A DNA stretch of 62,657 bases, filler included, from 12 parts of 12 records of this genome joined end to end with filler, not necessarily neighbours in it; one strand, 5' to 3'; positions 45,336 through 58,527 are shown, numbered from the whole stretch's first letter. The notes: a model not told the origin generated them from the sequence alone. Made by a program: numbers and translations.

Positions 45336-46780
45336 ATGATGGAATCGGGGCCGGCGGACGAGACCACGCAGCTGCAGCCGCAGCCGCAGGAGGGCTCGGA
45401 CGGGGTCCGGCTGCCGTGCTTTGGGGAGGAGCCGGACGATAAGGACCCGCCGGGCAACTCGTGGTGGCTGGCCGGGGTCCAAATGGTCTCCTCCATGGTC
45501 GGGTCGGGCGTGCTCAAGATGCCCAAGGTTGTGGCCAAGACCGGGTGGACCCTGTTCGCGATCGAGCTCGCGCTGTTTGGCGCCCTATGCTTCGCCTCCA
45601 GCATGATGCTGGCCCGGGCCGCCCAGATCACCCGGGTGTTGGACTGGTCTGAGCTGACCGAGGACATCCTCGGCCGGGGCTGGCGGCGGTGCCTGGACTG
45701 GTCGATCGTGATCACGTCGGTGGGGGCGCTGGCCACCTACTTCAACGTCATCGGCAGCTTGGGCGGGTCAGTGGTCCGTCAGTGGTCGGACGGCCAGTTT
45801 GTGTTTGTGTCGAGCTACCAGGGCTTCATGGCGGTGGCCGCCCTGCTGGTATTCCCGGTGCTGCTCATCCGCAACTATAGCGAGCTCCGGGTGGTGGCGG
45901 CCATAGCACTCGGGCTAGTAATGCTGGTGATCGTGGTGCTGGGAGTCGACGGCAACAACCAGGACGGCCAGTCGTTTTCAGAGCCCTGGCCACGCAGTTC
46001 AGGCTGGCATACGCTGGGCAGCTTGGCGTACGCCTCATCCTGCCAGTCGGTTGTGATCGAGGCCTACGCGGGCACCAAGAAAGCGCACCAGCCTTTGTTT
46101 GCCAGGGCCATGCTGCTCGCAGTGGCTGGAGGGCTCGCTGTGCTCACTGGGATGGCTGTTGCCGGCTACTCGGCGTTTGGGGATGACGTCAAGTCCGAGT
46201 GTGTCAAGAGCATGCACGTGAGCCGGCCCTGGGCCCAGGCGGGGCTGCTGGTCGAGCTGGGCGGCTCACAGGGGGGCAGGTGGCCTACCTTGCTACTGTA
46301 GCACATCTAGTGCTCTACATTCCCAACGACGGGGTGCGCCGGCCGCTGTAGTCTGTCTCTGACCCAGCGCAGGTCATCTACCGGCTGTTTGCAGTGAGCA
46401 TCTGCGGTGGAGAGGGCAGACTGTTCGGTGATGACGTGCGTGCGATGTCCATGGGCACGCTGGTGGCTGTTACTGCCGGTCTGATTGCTATTCCGCTCGG
46501 GCTGATGCTGGCGGTGCCTGAGGGCGACGTGGATGGGGTCTTCTCGTTCATAGTGAGCATCACCGGCGACATACCGATAGGGCTCAGCTGCTACGTGATC
46601 CCTAGCTTAATTTATATTAAGCTTGGGATGGACGGGCGGCTGGGCGGGGACAAGCTGCTGGCCGGGGCCGCCTGGGCCGCGCTGGTGCTCGGGGTCGTGC
46701 TGGTGTTCGCCTGCCCGGTGATGGACACGGTTGCGTTCGTGCTCGCGTGCAACTCCGACGATGGCTGCAATTCCTTTTGA
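45336..46780 (+). CDS. Amino acid/auxin permease (Aa_trans, SLC38-like) transporter
   Basis: MVGSGVLKMP..GW, about 11 TM segments, AGYSAFG, YVIP; short introns near 46250-46372. Confidence 0.85.
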
Positions 46781-46954
46781 TTAACGTTAAGCGAATCGCT
46801 CTTACAGTATATTAACTACATGATTGTATGCATGACGATACCTGGCTCACTTGTGCACTACTTGTGTGTACACTCAGTACTTGTGCTCATTAAACGCACA
46901 TGCAATTCACTTTATTGATTCAGCCATCTAACCTCATAGCCTTACGCATTCTAC

Positions 46955-48407
46955 CTAGAGTGAGTATTTGAAGAAAAAGTTGTGCTGGTGCTTGTTCTTC
47001 TTCCTCTCGGCCAGTTGCTGATCATAAATCCCGCACTGGCCGTAGTTGACCACGTGGCAGCCAAGGTCCATCGGCTTCGCATTCTGAACCGCAACAGACG
47101 GAGCTAATGGGTCGACGTGCGCTGGCCTGACTGCCTGAGGGATCGGCCGGTGCGCAGGGGCAAGCGGCCTGTCGATGTCTGCCAGAACAACGGCTATTGC
47201 GTCCAGCTTCGAGAGTACCTCCTCGTCCTCGTCCTCCTCATGGTCGTGGTCGTGGTCGTGGTCGTGCGAATAGCGCACCCCACCAGCAGTCTCCACGCCA
47301 TCCTTGGCCTCCTCGCTGCCCGCAAACTTGATTGTTGCAGGCGAAACTTCTGGATGGGCTAGAGGGTGCTGCTGCCCTAATGCCTCCTGAGGCCACTTGC
47401 CCATCCCACGCACGGGCACTGCAGGCTTTGAGCCCTGCAGCACAGCCACCACCGCTGCCCACCCACACTCAGTACGCGCAGGCGCTCAAAGCAGCTGCCT
47501 TTATGCCCGTTGAAAGTAGCCAGCTTGAGTGCGGTCCAGCCCCGCTGCCCCAGCGCCTCACGACGGCCCGGCCAGGCTCAGCCACCGCATTCAGAATCTC
47601 TGTATCTGGACCCGCTGCCATCAGCAGCGTAGCTACCTGCGGCGACCCGCTCGCTGCCACCTGATGCAACGGCGTATCGCCCGCCTGCCCCGGGCTCGCC
47701 CAGCCCTCACCCAGCCCCACCGCTGTCTGTGTATTTACATCGGCCCGAGCGGCCAGCAGCGCCTCCACGTACGGCGACCCGCCATACCGTACCGCCACAT
47801 GCAGCGCGCAGTAGTGCTCCGCGCCGCGCTCGTTCGGGTCGTACTGACCCGACTGGAGCATCTGGGTGAGTCCAGCTAGGTCGTGCCCGTGGATCGCGTG
47901 GCTGAGCGTTTTCCATCGATGGAACCGGCCGAAGCCGTGGCTGCTCACGGGCAGGTTGCTCCGGGCGCCGTGCGTGTGGGCCACTGCGGGCTGCTTGAGG
48001 TTGGTGAACACCCGGTACTCGGTGCCGACGATGTCCTGGTCGAGCAGCCTCGGGGCCCAGGCTCGGGTCTCGGTGTCGCACATATCCACCCAGAGGCTCC
48101 TATCTGGGCCGTAGGTGAGATACTGCCCTGGCTCCAGTTTGATTGAGCGTGTGGCCGGGTCGAAGGTCCGCCGGGGGTCGTGCACCACCAGCGGGCGGCT
48201 CAGCGCAGGCTCGTCGGGCAGAGGGTGGCCCATGGCCTCGCACTGCTCCATGATCGGCGGGACCATGTACGGGCTGAGCAGCGGCAACTGACGGTTGGGG
48301 GTGCCCAGTGGGGTGGAGCCCGCGGTGGTGGACCGCAGCGCGATCCCGGACGGCTGGACCAGGAACGAGTCGCCACAGACCGGCATGTTGGAGGGTGCCT
48401 GCAGCAC
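46955..48407 (-). CDS. Ankyrin-repeat protein with a His/Asp-rich tail; start uncertain
   Basis: ALHVAV..LLAARADVN, GDTPLHQ..LLMAAG; DHDHDHEEDEDEE. Confidence 0.6.
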
Positions 48408-48699
48408 AACGGCAGCCCAGTGGACCTTGTCTGATCATCAGACGCCTCGCCTGAATTCAGCTGACAGGTGTAGATCTTGCGCATGCAACGCTACATGTTG
48501 AACATGCACGAAGATGATTGTAGCTGAGCAGAAGCAGAAGCATATGCGTTAATAATTTAATGAGTGTGGCTGTACACATGCGAACTATGCCCAACTGCCA
48601 ACGGGGTATAACGACAGTGCGCATGAGTGCGGGGTATTACGGGGTATTACGACAGTAGGGCTGAATGAGGAAGATTTGCTGCAGCCAAATTAAAGACTG

Positions 48700-49005
48700 T
48701 CACAATGTGCACGCGGAATGAACAACCCGAGGACCAAAATCAAGATATGTAGACGTGGGGATCCACATTTGCGAGAACACCGACAATTGAGACAGGATGG
48801 AACCACCGATCCATCCTGAGATGTTGCATTGTGACTGGCCTGCCGGTCCGAGCGGCACGGGCAACATCTGTGTATAACGGTGGTGTTGCGGCACGAGACT
48901 CGCGATATGCTGCCGCATGTTGATGCCCAACACGCTGGCCGGGCTCTGAGGGCAAAGCTTCGCCAGGTTGAATGCACCGAGCTGTATCGAGCTACACACC
49001 TATGT
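48700..49005 (-). CDS. C-terminus of a divergent actin-related protein
   Basis: SGWIGGSILSQLSVFSQMWI...Y...GPRVVHSAC. Confidence 0.75.
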
Positions 49006-49545
49006 NNNNNNNNNNNNNNNNNNNNNNNNNNNNNNNNNNNNNNNNNNNNTTAATTAATTAANNNNNNNNNNNNNNNNNNNNNNNNNNNNNNNNNNNNNNN
49101 NNNNNGCTGATGGGTCGAGTCAAATCTGCCGACGGATGTGATCGAATGCAAACTGTGTACATGCGAATGGTGTAAGCACATGTACCCGGACCGCAAGCAC
49201 GTACAGCGCCCTAGATGCGCGACCGATAGTTAGAACGAAGTGAATAATATATGTGAATACTCTCGACCTCGCTATGTGAACACGCCCTCGAGCTCAATTA
49301 GTACCGTACTCAATTAGTACGATCATTGTCATGTTCACTCCCTTGATATAGCCCAGCGTCTCACCCACTGAACCGTGCACTGCCGGCAGGCGGGCCGCCA
49401 CCGTCATCCGCTCGAGCGCGCCATCCTCGGCCAGGCACTCGGATTGAGTTCACGTACACGAGCTTTGGCGACCTCACCATTGGTCGTCACCTTGGCTGCA
49501 GATGCACACCGGATCCGGGAACTAGACTGCTCGAAGATACCGATG

Positions 49546-50916
49546 TCACTTTGTAGTCACGACAGAGCCTCTCAGAGTGACCTCGACGCCTCGCTCGGCG
49601 AGCATCGCGCTCAGCTTCTCGATCACACGAGCCTGATGCTGAATAGTGCTCTTGAGGGCCTCCTCTGTCATGGAGTACGCGTGGACAGAAAGACTCCCGC
49701 GCTTCGGTGCCGACAGCCCCGCCACGTCACACAGCCTCCGGATACACGCGAGGAATCGATTTTCAATGTCGTTCAAGAAGTCCACAACGCCACTCAGGCC
49801 AGCAATGAACGCAAAGTGACGAAGCGGCTGCAGTAAGGCCTCCTCCGTAGGCGTCATCTTGATCTCAAGTGTCTTGCGATGCAGCTGCTCTCGCACCAAT
49901 TGGACTGAGCTGCTCACGTGTGACGCTGCAAAAGCTAGCTTCTCCCTCAGCTCCCCGAGCACCACATCTGGTGTCAACCCGGCAAAATCTTCATTGTGAC
50001 TCGCGTTCGCAACCTGGATCACTGCATCTGTCAACCCCAGCAGATCCGCCTCAGCAGCCGGGCCCATACAATCGCCCACAGTGGCTGGAACAAATTGGCC
50101 GTCTGCTGATACCGAAAGCATAATGCCAACTAGCCCGATGCACAGATTCACGTGTGCCTTGCGCAGCTCGACAGTCATGACGTTGGTTCCCTCGGGCATG
50201 AGTATGCACGGCAATTCACCCTGTGCCATGAGCTCATACGCCCGTTGACGTGCCACTGCTCCGCCGCCAACCAAGGAGGTCATCTTTGAGGCTCCGATCA
50301 GGTACTCGGCCTCGTCCCCGCTGCCGATCCGTATCCCGTTCGCTAAGGACGGAGCACGGACCACCTTGCGGAGCACACCCCCGAGCGTGCATCCCTCTCC
50401 GCCAGTCTCGAGCACAGACGGTAGCCTACCCATGGCGGACGCATCGGTGAGCAGCGCCGTGAACTCAGTGAGTAGCGCGTGGTAGTACATCCCATTCGAA
50501 GTAAACAGCACGATCGGGAAGCTCCGTTCCACGTGCTCGCAGCCCAGCGGCGGGCTCTGTTGGTGCAGCCAAGCGAGCAGGGCGACCAGCTCTGCGAGCA
50601 GCTGAGATAGCTGCTCGCCCGCGTTGCACATCACCATCAAAACCTCCGGCAGCTGCTTGCGTTGCGCGAGTTCTACCAGCCCGCCCGGACGGAAGAACCG
50701 ATCCAGGGGGACGGTGCTGCTGCGGTACCCCAGCTCGGAGCCTGGCTCGGGGATCCGGATCCGAATGTCGTGTGTGAGGTGCCGCTCTGACCCAGGACGG
50801 TCGATGAAGAACACCCCGGGCCGCTGGAGCTGGCTGCTCAGATAGTAGTGCACAGTGGTACCTAGAGCGCCGGTCGGACAAACGGCGATCGTGCCTGGCT
50901 CGATGCACGCTTCCAT
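49546..50916 (-). CDS. Divergent ketopantoate-reductase-like (PanE/ApbA fold) oxidoreductase; 3' end uncertain
   Basis: IAVCPTGALG, LFTSNG, ELRKAHVN, HVSSSVQ, PTE motifs in ApbA-like order. Confidence 0.45.
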   Translation of the reverse strand: MEACIEPGTIAVCPTGALGTTVHYYLSSQLQRPGVFFIDRPGSERHLTHDIRIRIPEPGSELGYRSSTVPLDRFFRPGGLVELAQRKQLPEVLMVMCNAGEQLSQLLAELVALLAWLHQQSPPLGCEHVERSFPIVLFTSNGMYYHALLTEFTALLTDASAMGRLPSVLETGGEGCTLGGVLRKVVRAPSLANGIRIGSGDEAEYLIGASKMTSLVGGGAVARQRAYELMAQGELPCILMPEGTNVMTVELRKAHVNLCIGLVGIMLSVSADGQFVPATVGDCMGPAAEADLLGLTDAVIQVANASHNEDFAGLTPDVVLGELREKLAFAASHVSSSVQLVREQLHRKTLEIKMTPTEEALLQPLRHFAFIAGLSGVVDFLNDIENRFLACIRRLCDVAGLSAPKRGSLSVHAYSMTEEALKSTIQHQARVIEKLSAMLAERGVEVTLRGSVVTTK

Positions 50917-51042
50917 GTTGAGAGCCGGTCGCAGGTGGCCCAACCCGTGAACCGCCCCCAGCATGCAGTCGTCAGCCCCCGAGATCAACGGACGTGACGG
51001 CGTCACAACCGAACGGCGCCGCGGCCGGCATCGCAAGGTGCG

Positions 51043-52070
51043 ATGAGCAGGCTGCCTGGGAGCGAGACGGCCGCCCCGCGTTACGAGAGGCTGCCGGATC
51101 CGGCCTGGGCCACCCCGCCCCCGCGCGATTACCGCGGGGCGGCGCTGGAGGTGCTGTCGCCGGCCGGTGCGGTGGCTGCGGAGCACTCGCTGGATGGGCG
51201 CGCCGCCTTCCTGCTCGGCCGGTTCGCGGACGTCGTCGGTGAGCGCCAGCTTGGGCCGCGGGCTGACCGGGCGGACAGACGTGGCGCTCGAAATCAGCAA
51301 GGCCTCCCGGCAACATGCCTGGGTAGGGTACCTCAGCGACGGTTCGCTCGCACTGGAGGATCCTGGCTCGGGTGGGTGGCCCGGCTGGCCGCAGGGGCTT
51401 ACCGGCTCGGGCAGCCCACGGCACTTTCATATCGGGCGAGCGGGCGCCGCCCGGGCAGCCGGTCGGGCTGAGTCATCTGGAGTTGATCAGTTTCGCCGGT
51501 GATCCGACAGAGTACCGGTTGCGCTTTCCCGAGCAGCGCAGGCCAGCCGAGCAGCCCCCGACCAAGCGCGGGCGGTTCGAGCCGACGGCGGGGCCAGTAG
51601 ATCCGTTACCGGACCGTAGCGACAAGGAGCTGAAAAGGAAGAGCAAGACAGAGAAGCGGGCGATGCTGTGGGGCAACACCAAGAAGCGAGAACCGGACAC
51701 AGTGGCGGTGCGGGGGCTGCTAGGGAGGCCGCAATCGGGTCGGCCAGCCGGCGGGGAACACGGCCGAGTGGGAGCAGTCGGCCGGGGCGCTGGGGGCGAA
51801 GTCCAGCAAGTTTCTGAGGCTGATGGGTCTCTAACAGGCTGCCGAGTTATCACTGAGACATGTCAGGTGCAAAGAAGCACCAAGCGCCCGTGACTGCCAG
51901 CGAGCCCGAGCAGGCTGGCAGCTCGAGCGGTGGGTCGGCGAGGAGGGAGGGCGTGAGGCGGGGCAGGGGGGGAGTCGAAGCAGGTGCAGGAACAGTTGTT
52001 TAACAGAATGGAGGACGGGTTTTATAAAGGGCTCAAGCAGAGAGGCTCGACGCGCGGACTGGGCTGCTGA
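51043..52070 (+). CDS. FHA-domain protein with a C-terminal SMAP/RSRC2-like region, multi-exon
   Basis: FLLGR..D..SRQHA..EDPGS|AHGTFI; KRAMLWG, KFLRLMG|AKK, QEQLF..E..RGLG. Confidence 0.75.
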
Positions 52071-52255
52071 GCTCCAAATAAGGATAGATTTGATCAAACT
52101 GCGTACCGAATAGTGCTCTGCCTTCCTGGAACCACGAGACGAACCAGCTCCCTTCCGAGTATCTTTATACTATACGAGTAGGTACAATGTACGAGTACAA
52201 TGCTCAGTATTCAAAGTTTATACTTGATTGATACGCATCTGGTGAAGTATATGTA

Positions 52256-52972
52256 CTAGTCGTACGGTGGGAAGGCATCCCAATTAAACGGTGCAAGTGC
52301 ATCGTGCGCAATTAAACGTTGCGCATTTGTGTAGACGTATGCATTGGTCTCATTCGAGCTCGCCATAGTCCGCTCTCGGAAGAAATCAAGGTTCTCATCG
52401 ATTAGAATCGAGCAGAGCATGGCGTCCCGACAGTCCTCCATGCACTGACGCGTCGCGACAACCATGACCACCTGGCACAGCCCGGCTCATGAACCATGCT
52501 TCCGGAGAGTACCGCAGGCATCACGCAACCGGACAGCACCAGCATCAGCCGCAGCGCCAACAGCGAGAGCCCATCTGGGGCCGGCAGTTGCATCGCCGGC
52601 CGCCATATGAAGATGATCGCCATCAGCCCAGCCAAGACCATCGGCGCATAAACCCCGAGCACCTTGCAGACCAGGCTGCCACCCCCTCAACCCATCGGCG
52701 GCCTCCTGCAAGGACCTGGCCGGGAGACGTCTCGCCATCTGCCGCCAGCCCCAGTCATCGACCATGCGTGACGGCTCGAAGCGGGTGTGGCAGAGCTCGC
52801 AACAGAACAAGTCGCCTGACGGTCTGGCCGCCACCCACCGCCGGAGGCAGGCCAAGTGCACGTGGCCCATCGACCCGGCGCAGCGGCACGGGCAGATCAG
52901 CCCGCTCTCTCCGTGGCAGATCCGGCAGCTCGGCTCGAGCAGCCGCCCGTCGCCTTCGTCGTCGCGGCCCAT
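52256..52972 (-). CDS. RING-variant (MARCH-type) membrane E3 ligase
   Basis: CRICH..PCRCAGSMGHVHLACLRRW..CELC, followed by TM segments. Confidence 0.85.
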
Positions 52973-53130
52973 CTGGCCTCACTCTCATCACCCGACCGAC
53001 GTCTCTCATTCAATCCGGCACGTCCGTTATATAGCCAACGTCAGCCCTGTGGCGGGGCCTGGAGCTGACCCGGTATGGCGGGCCTGGAGCTGCCGGCAAT
53101 CCTGGGCAAGCAGGCGAAGCCCTGATCAGC

Positions 53131-55189
53131 ATGGCAAAACGCCGGCGCGAGGCGCGGCCTGAAGGAGGCCACACCGCCGACGCCGGGTCTCCCGTGCGGC
53201 GGCCGTGGTTGTGGCTGTCAGCGCTGGTGGTGGCTGTGGGCTGCTGGGTCGTGCTGGGCTCGTCCACACCGCCCCCTGCGCCGGCGGGCGCGCCGGGGGA
53301 GGAAGCCGGCATCCCGGCCGGGCTGCAGGCGCTGCCCGAGGCCAAGCTGGGCGGCATGGCCTGTCAGCTGGCCTACAGCGGCGATGCTGATCGGCTGAGC
53401 CGTCTGCTCGTCCGACCGTTCGCGATGCCCGCGGACGTCGCCCAACGGACGCCAGTGCACTGCGCACTGGCCGGTGCCGGGCTGCGCTGCCGAGCTCAGC
53501 GGGGGACAGGGATGCACCGGGCGGCCGAGGCGGGCCGGGCGGGACGAGGCCAGCTGGCGGCGCTCCGGCTGCTCCTGCCCAGGGTGGAGTTGGCCGAGTT
53601 CTGCCCGCTGGTCGACGCGGTGCATTACCGGAACCTTCCGGCAGTTAGCATGCTGTCGGCGGCCATGCGCCCCGACCAGCGGGCCGAGTGCCTGGCCGAG
53701 CAGAACGTGGACCGCGAGACTCTCCTGCACGTGGCCGCCCGCTCGCACGGCGCTGGGTTTGGTCGCTTCTTCCTCCGACATCTGCTCGATCCAGCCAGCC
53801 CGTGGCCAGACAGGGAGGCCGTGCTGGCCGGACTAGGAGTGCGCCCGCCCGGGCAGCTGCCAAGCGGCTCCGAAGTGGCTCTAGCCGAGCTGGACCGCAG
53901 TCTGGGCGACTGGCCTCTGCCACAGATGTTAGAATTGTCCAGCGAGCTGGCCGGGAGGGCCGGACGGCTCGAGACTGCAAATCACCACGGGCGGACTCCG
54001 CTGCTGGTGGCCTGCCGCGGTTGCCGCGGCCGGGCGGTGGTGCGCCTGCTCGAGGCCGGTGCGAATGGCTCTGCTGTAGACAGGTTCGGGCGAGGTTGCG
54101 GTGAGATGTTGGCGCAGTGCGAGGCTCCGGATCAGGCCTTAGAGCACTGGCAGCGTCACACACCGCCATCCGCCGACGTCCTGGCGTCCCTGGCCGAGGC
54201 CAGAGCCGCGCGCACCCCGTGGAGGCCTGCCATACTGGCGGTTGAGCCTGTGGCGGCTGACGGCGGATGGGCGGACAAAGGGGCCGCCTTGCTGCTTGCT
54301 CAAATCAAGGACCGGGCTCCGTGGCTGAGCCGGGCCGGTGGGGTGGCTCAGATGGATCTTTCGGACCCAGAAGGTCAGTGCGAGGCTGGTTGAGCTGAAT
54401 GTGCTGTCCGGCAGACAAGTTTCAGAAGGAGTTCTGGGAAGTGTCACCGGTGCTGCTGAGACGAGGATGCGCCGACTGGCAGCAGGCCAAGCACCAATGG
54501 AGCCGAGCCTCTATCCTGTCTAGGTGCCGGCGCTGGCTGCGGCTGAGCAGCAGGCTACCAGGTTTGGGCACGTAGCAGTGAGCGCTTCGGCGATTCCGTA
54601 CGCCGAGTCTTACGGGCATTCAGCCAGTGAGAGTATGAGACTAGATCAATACGTGCAGAGGTGGATGGGTCTCTCCAGGTCTGATAGCCCACCACTGCTG
54701 CCTGATGGACTGGTCAGCTCAAACCTCAGTGTCTCACCTAGACAGTATGTGTTTGACCCATCTGTGGCTCACCGGTCACCACAGCTGCTTGCTGGCGCGG
54801 TGCCTACTTGCTTGGGATCAGGCAGCAGCCAGTCGGAGCAGGTAGAATCACTGCACGGCATCTCGGCGGTGCAGTCTCGCATAATGCTCCAGCAATTTGC
54901 GCTCGGCCCGGCGCTGTCAGGAGCTCATCCTCACCTCCACGGAGATGCTTGGAACGCGCTCATATTCGGGGTGAAACTATGGATTATGTTCCCGCCAAGC
55001 CAGGCATTCTTTAGTAAAAGGACCGCGCTACAGTGGCTGCTCAGCCCAGCGGCCAGCAGTAGGATGGCAAATGCAAGCTTCTACGCCACAGTGCAACACG
55101 CGGGGGATGTTGTGTATGTTCCAGCGCATTGGGGTCATGTGGTGTTAAACCTAGCGGATTGCATTGGCGTAGCCGTCGAATTTGTTTGA
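53131..55189 (+). CDS. Signal-anchored ankyrin plus JmjC/cupin oxygenase, multi-exon
   Basis: N-terminal TM, GRTPLLVAC, then GPALSGAHPHLHGDAWN..GVKLW..QHAGDVVYVPAHWGHVVLN. Confidence 0.8.
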
Positions 55190-55518
55190 ATAAACAATGT
55201 ACAAATAATAATGATTGTCACGGTACATGTACCTAGGTACTTGCATACAATCATGTGCGAGTAACTAATTAATCGGATTAACTGAAATTCTTTCTACAGT
55301 NNNNNNNNNNNNNNNNNNNNNNNNNNNNNNNNNNNNNNNNNNNNTTAATTAATTAANNNNNNNNNNNNNNNNNNNNNNNNNNNNNNNNNNNNNNNNNNNN
55401 TGGTGTATCGCCCAATGGCGGTATAAAATATAATTATGACGCCTCGAGTTATGGATAGTTCATTCAATAATCGTGCCGGTTACCCATCTGGGAGCGTCAT
55501 CAGATGGATGGCCCCCAA

Positions 55519-57130
55519 TCACACAAGACCTAGGGTCTCGGGCGCCACGTACTTGATCAGCCGCCCGACAAGGAACAGCGAGCCGGTCACGAGCACATCG
55601 GCTTGCTCTGGCCGCGTGCCAAGCTGCGCCATCGCCTCATCCAGGCTGCCGACTACGCTCAGCTCGGCGCTCGGCATCCCCAGTTCTAGCCACACTTGCT
55701 TCAAGTGCTCCTCCCAGTGCGCGGGCCGCTCGCCCACAGGCCCCTTGGTGCTCTCCGCAGGCGGACAGAACACCACTGCGTCGAACGCCAACCTCGAGTC
55801 TCGCACAGCGCCCAGCAGCGCTGCAGGATCTTTGTCGCTCTGACACCCAAACAGGAGCACCCGCCGCCGCCGGCCCGCGGGCTGGGCTTGCTCGAACCAC
55901 TCGAGGCAGCGCGCCATGCTGTCGATAGTGTGCGCACCATCAATGTACCAACTCGTCCGCTCGCCGCACACCACTTGCGACCTCCCCGCCCACCGGCAAT
56001 CGCGCAGCCCCTGAAGCGCCACTGGCATGTCTAGTTCCACTGCCAGCCACTCGCTCAGAAAGCTGCGGACCAGTGCGATAGCGAGCGAGCCGTTCTGCCG
56101 TTGATGTTCCCCGTGTATACCCAGCTCAACGCCATCTAAGATCGGATCAGGACCCACGAGCGTCAGCACGGCGCCCGCCTCGACCGCGGCAGCCTCAAGC
56201 ACCGGCAAAGCCTCAGGCTGCACCAACCATGAGCCCAGCATAGCCGCCAGCGGACCTGCTGGAGCGAAGAGAACACTGGGCGGCCCGGCTTGATGATTCC
56301 GGCCTTCTCGCCCGCGATCTCGGCTAGCGTGTCACCGAGAGTCTCCGTGTGCTCGAGCCCTAGCGTCGAAATGCCACAAACCACCGGGTGCGGGACGACG
56401 TTGGTGGCGTCCATCTTGCCACCGAGCCCGACCTCGAGTACAACCGCGTCCAGCCGCTCGCGCTCAAAGATCCTCAGGCAGAGCAGCGTGAGGAACCGGA
56501 AGAATCCAGGCATCTCCGGGAATTCCTCGCTCTGGCCAGACCTCACTAAGCCCTCAGCCGACCGGGCACCCGGGTCTGCTCGAGCCTGTCCCAGCACTCC
56601 CAGAAGTGACTGGCAAACAGATCCTGCCCGGCACTCAGCCCGGCCTGCCGGTCCGGTGCGCCTCGGACACTGGCACCCCATCGAGCCGAATCCGCTCCCG
56701 CACGTCCACGAGGTGCGGTGATGTGAACAGCCCGGTGCGCAGCCCTGGCCGCACCCGGATGATCGACCGCACCGCCTGGGAGAGACCGTGCGCACGCAGC
56801 ATCGAGTCGCAGAAAGCACAGGTCGAGCCCTTGCCTTTGGAGCCGGCCACATGGATCACAGGGAGCGCCTCCAGCTGCCTCGGGCTCGGCCAGCCCGCCC
56901 ACACCCCTCGCCTGCAGCCCGAGCCGGTCCACGTAGCTGGCCATGGCCTCCGGCCGGTTTTTGGCAGCCGCCCGCTCGGCCCGGAGCGCCTTGATGGTGT
57001 CGAGCGCCGCCAGCGCGCCCTAGCGGCCGGGCTGGCGGGCTGGCGGGCGGCAGTGCACCGCGTAGTCGTGTGAGCTGTGCAACATCCGCTGGCCGAGTCT
57101 GGAGAGCGGTGCGACGGCGGCTCTGAGCAT
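55519..57130 (-). CDS. FPGS: Folylpolyglutamate synthase, multi-exon, with a possible mitochondrial presequence
   Basis: [72 protein letters not shown]. Confidence 0.92.
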
Positions 57131-57211
57131 GAAGCTCGATGCTCGGCGCCACTTTTTTTTTTGCAAGCACCCGGCCGGCCCCCAGACAGCAGGAGCCGTG
57201 CTGCGCGAGGC

Positions 57212-58334
57212 ATGAGCGGGGCGCACCTGCGGGCGGCCTTCCGAGGCCAGCCGCTGACGCAGCGCCTGGTGCTGGCACACGAGGCGCTCGAGCGCTCCTG
57301 CCGGCGGAGGGGCTGCTGGGCCTGCGGGCTGTGCGGGCTGGCCGCACTGTGCGGACTGGCGGTGCTTTCGGCTCTCCAGCTCTCGCTGCTGCAAGCCAGC
57401 GTCGGGGATGTGCTGGCGGGCAGCCGCGGCCGGTGCGAGCTCTCACAGCTGGTGGCACGGCAACAGCCGTACCTACCGCACAACTGCCGGTGGTGCAAAG
57501 TCACTCGATGCGCCCAGTGGCACGACCTGTCGCCGCGCAGCCGAGCGCAGTTGACGGGCCTGGAGAACCGGGAGCCGACTGTGCGAATCTGCTTAGACAA
57601 TCTGGTCCCGCCGTGCCGCGCGATTTCATTTGGTGCCAGTTCAATCCGGTCGGCGGTGATTGTGGCAGGTGTGGACTATAAATGGGAGTTCGACGACCTT
57701 CTGCTTGCCCGCGGCTGCGAGGGTGCGGCCGCTTTGGCCATCGGTTGACCTGCTATGGGCTAGTATGGTCATTTGATCCGTCCATGAAAGCGCCGCATCC
57801 CGATGTGAAGCGCGGGGAACTGCACAGGTTCTTTCAGGTTGGAATTGGAGCGTACGATGGGACACACTCCGGTACACCTGCAGTCTTCCTGGCCCTCACC
57901 GTGTGGTCGCAGGTGCGGCGAGCACTTTGTACGGAGGGTGGAGCGGCTACCCAGTGAAGCGGATCCAGACAATTATGGACGAGATGCATGCTTTATCGAT
58001 CGACATCGTCCGGATGGACACCGAGGGTGCGGAGTGGGACGTGTTAGAAGACTGGATCAGCTCCGGATTCCTGTCGACCGGCGCGATCCGCCAACTAGCT
58101 GTCGAGATTCACGGTGAAAGTTGGCGAAATCCGCCGGCAAGGAGCAAGCCGGTGAAAATGCGGCAGCGCCACGGCGAGTTGGTGCGCTCGATCAAGTCCT
58201 GCCGGCAAGGCCGCATACTTGCAGCGTTGTCTAGTCAGATGGATTGGATGTGGTCTCAAAGCAATTCGGACAACCCAACGAGCGTCTTTGAGCTAGGGTT
58301 CATCTATCCTAATCGGACCCTTCAGAATAGCTGA
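57212..58334 (+). CDS. METTL24/Methyltransf_22-like type II membrane methyltransferase, multi-exon
   Basis: TM anchor; [53 protein letters not shown]. Confidence 0.8.
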
Positions 58335-58482
58335 CGAGGCCACAAGTTATCGCATGCATTCATACTAAACGTTCCAACTCCTAGGTATATAATCATACTT
58401 ACATAATACTTACAAGCATGTTCTTTGTACGAGAGGCTCTCCGCTGCCTTGGCCCCGACGAAGCCGTACGAAATGTATCGCC

Positions 58483-58527
58483 ATCATGCGCTGTGAGTGT
58501 CATTTGACATTCCTCACGCACAGTCAT
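58483..58527 (-). promoter_or_regulatory. SECIS element (type II) of the peroxiredoxin gene
   Basis: Minus strand reads ATGAc-tgtgcgtgag-gAA-tgtc-aaat-gaca-ctcac(a)gcgca-tGAt: 10-bp helix with one bulge, AA, 4-bp mini-stem. Confidence 0.9.
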
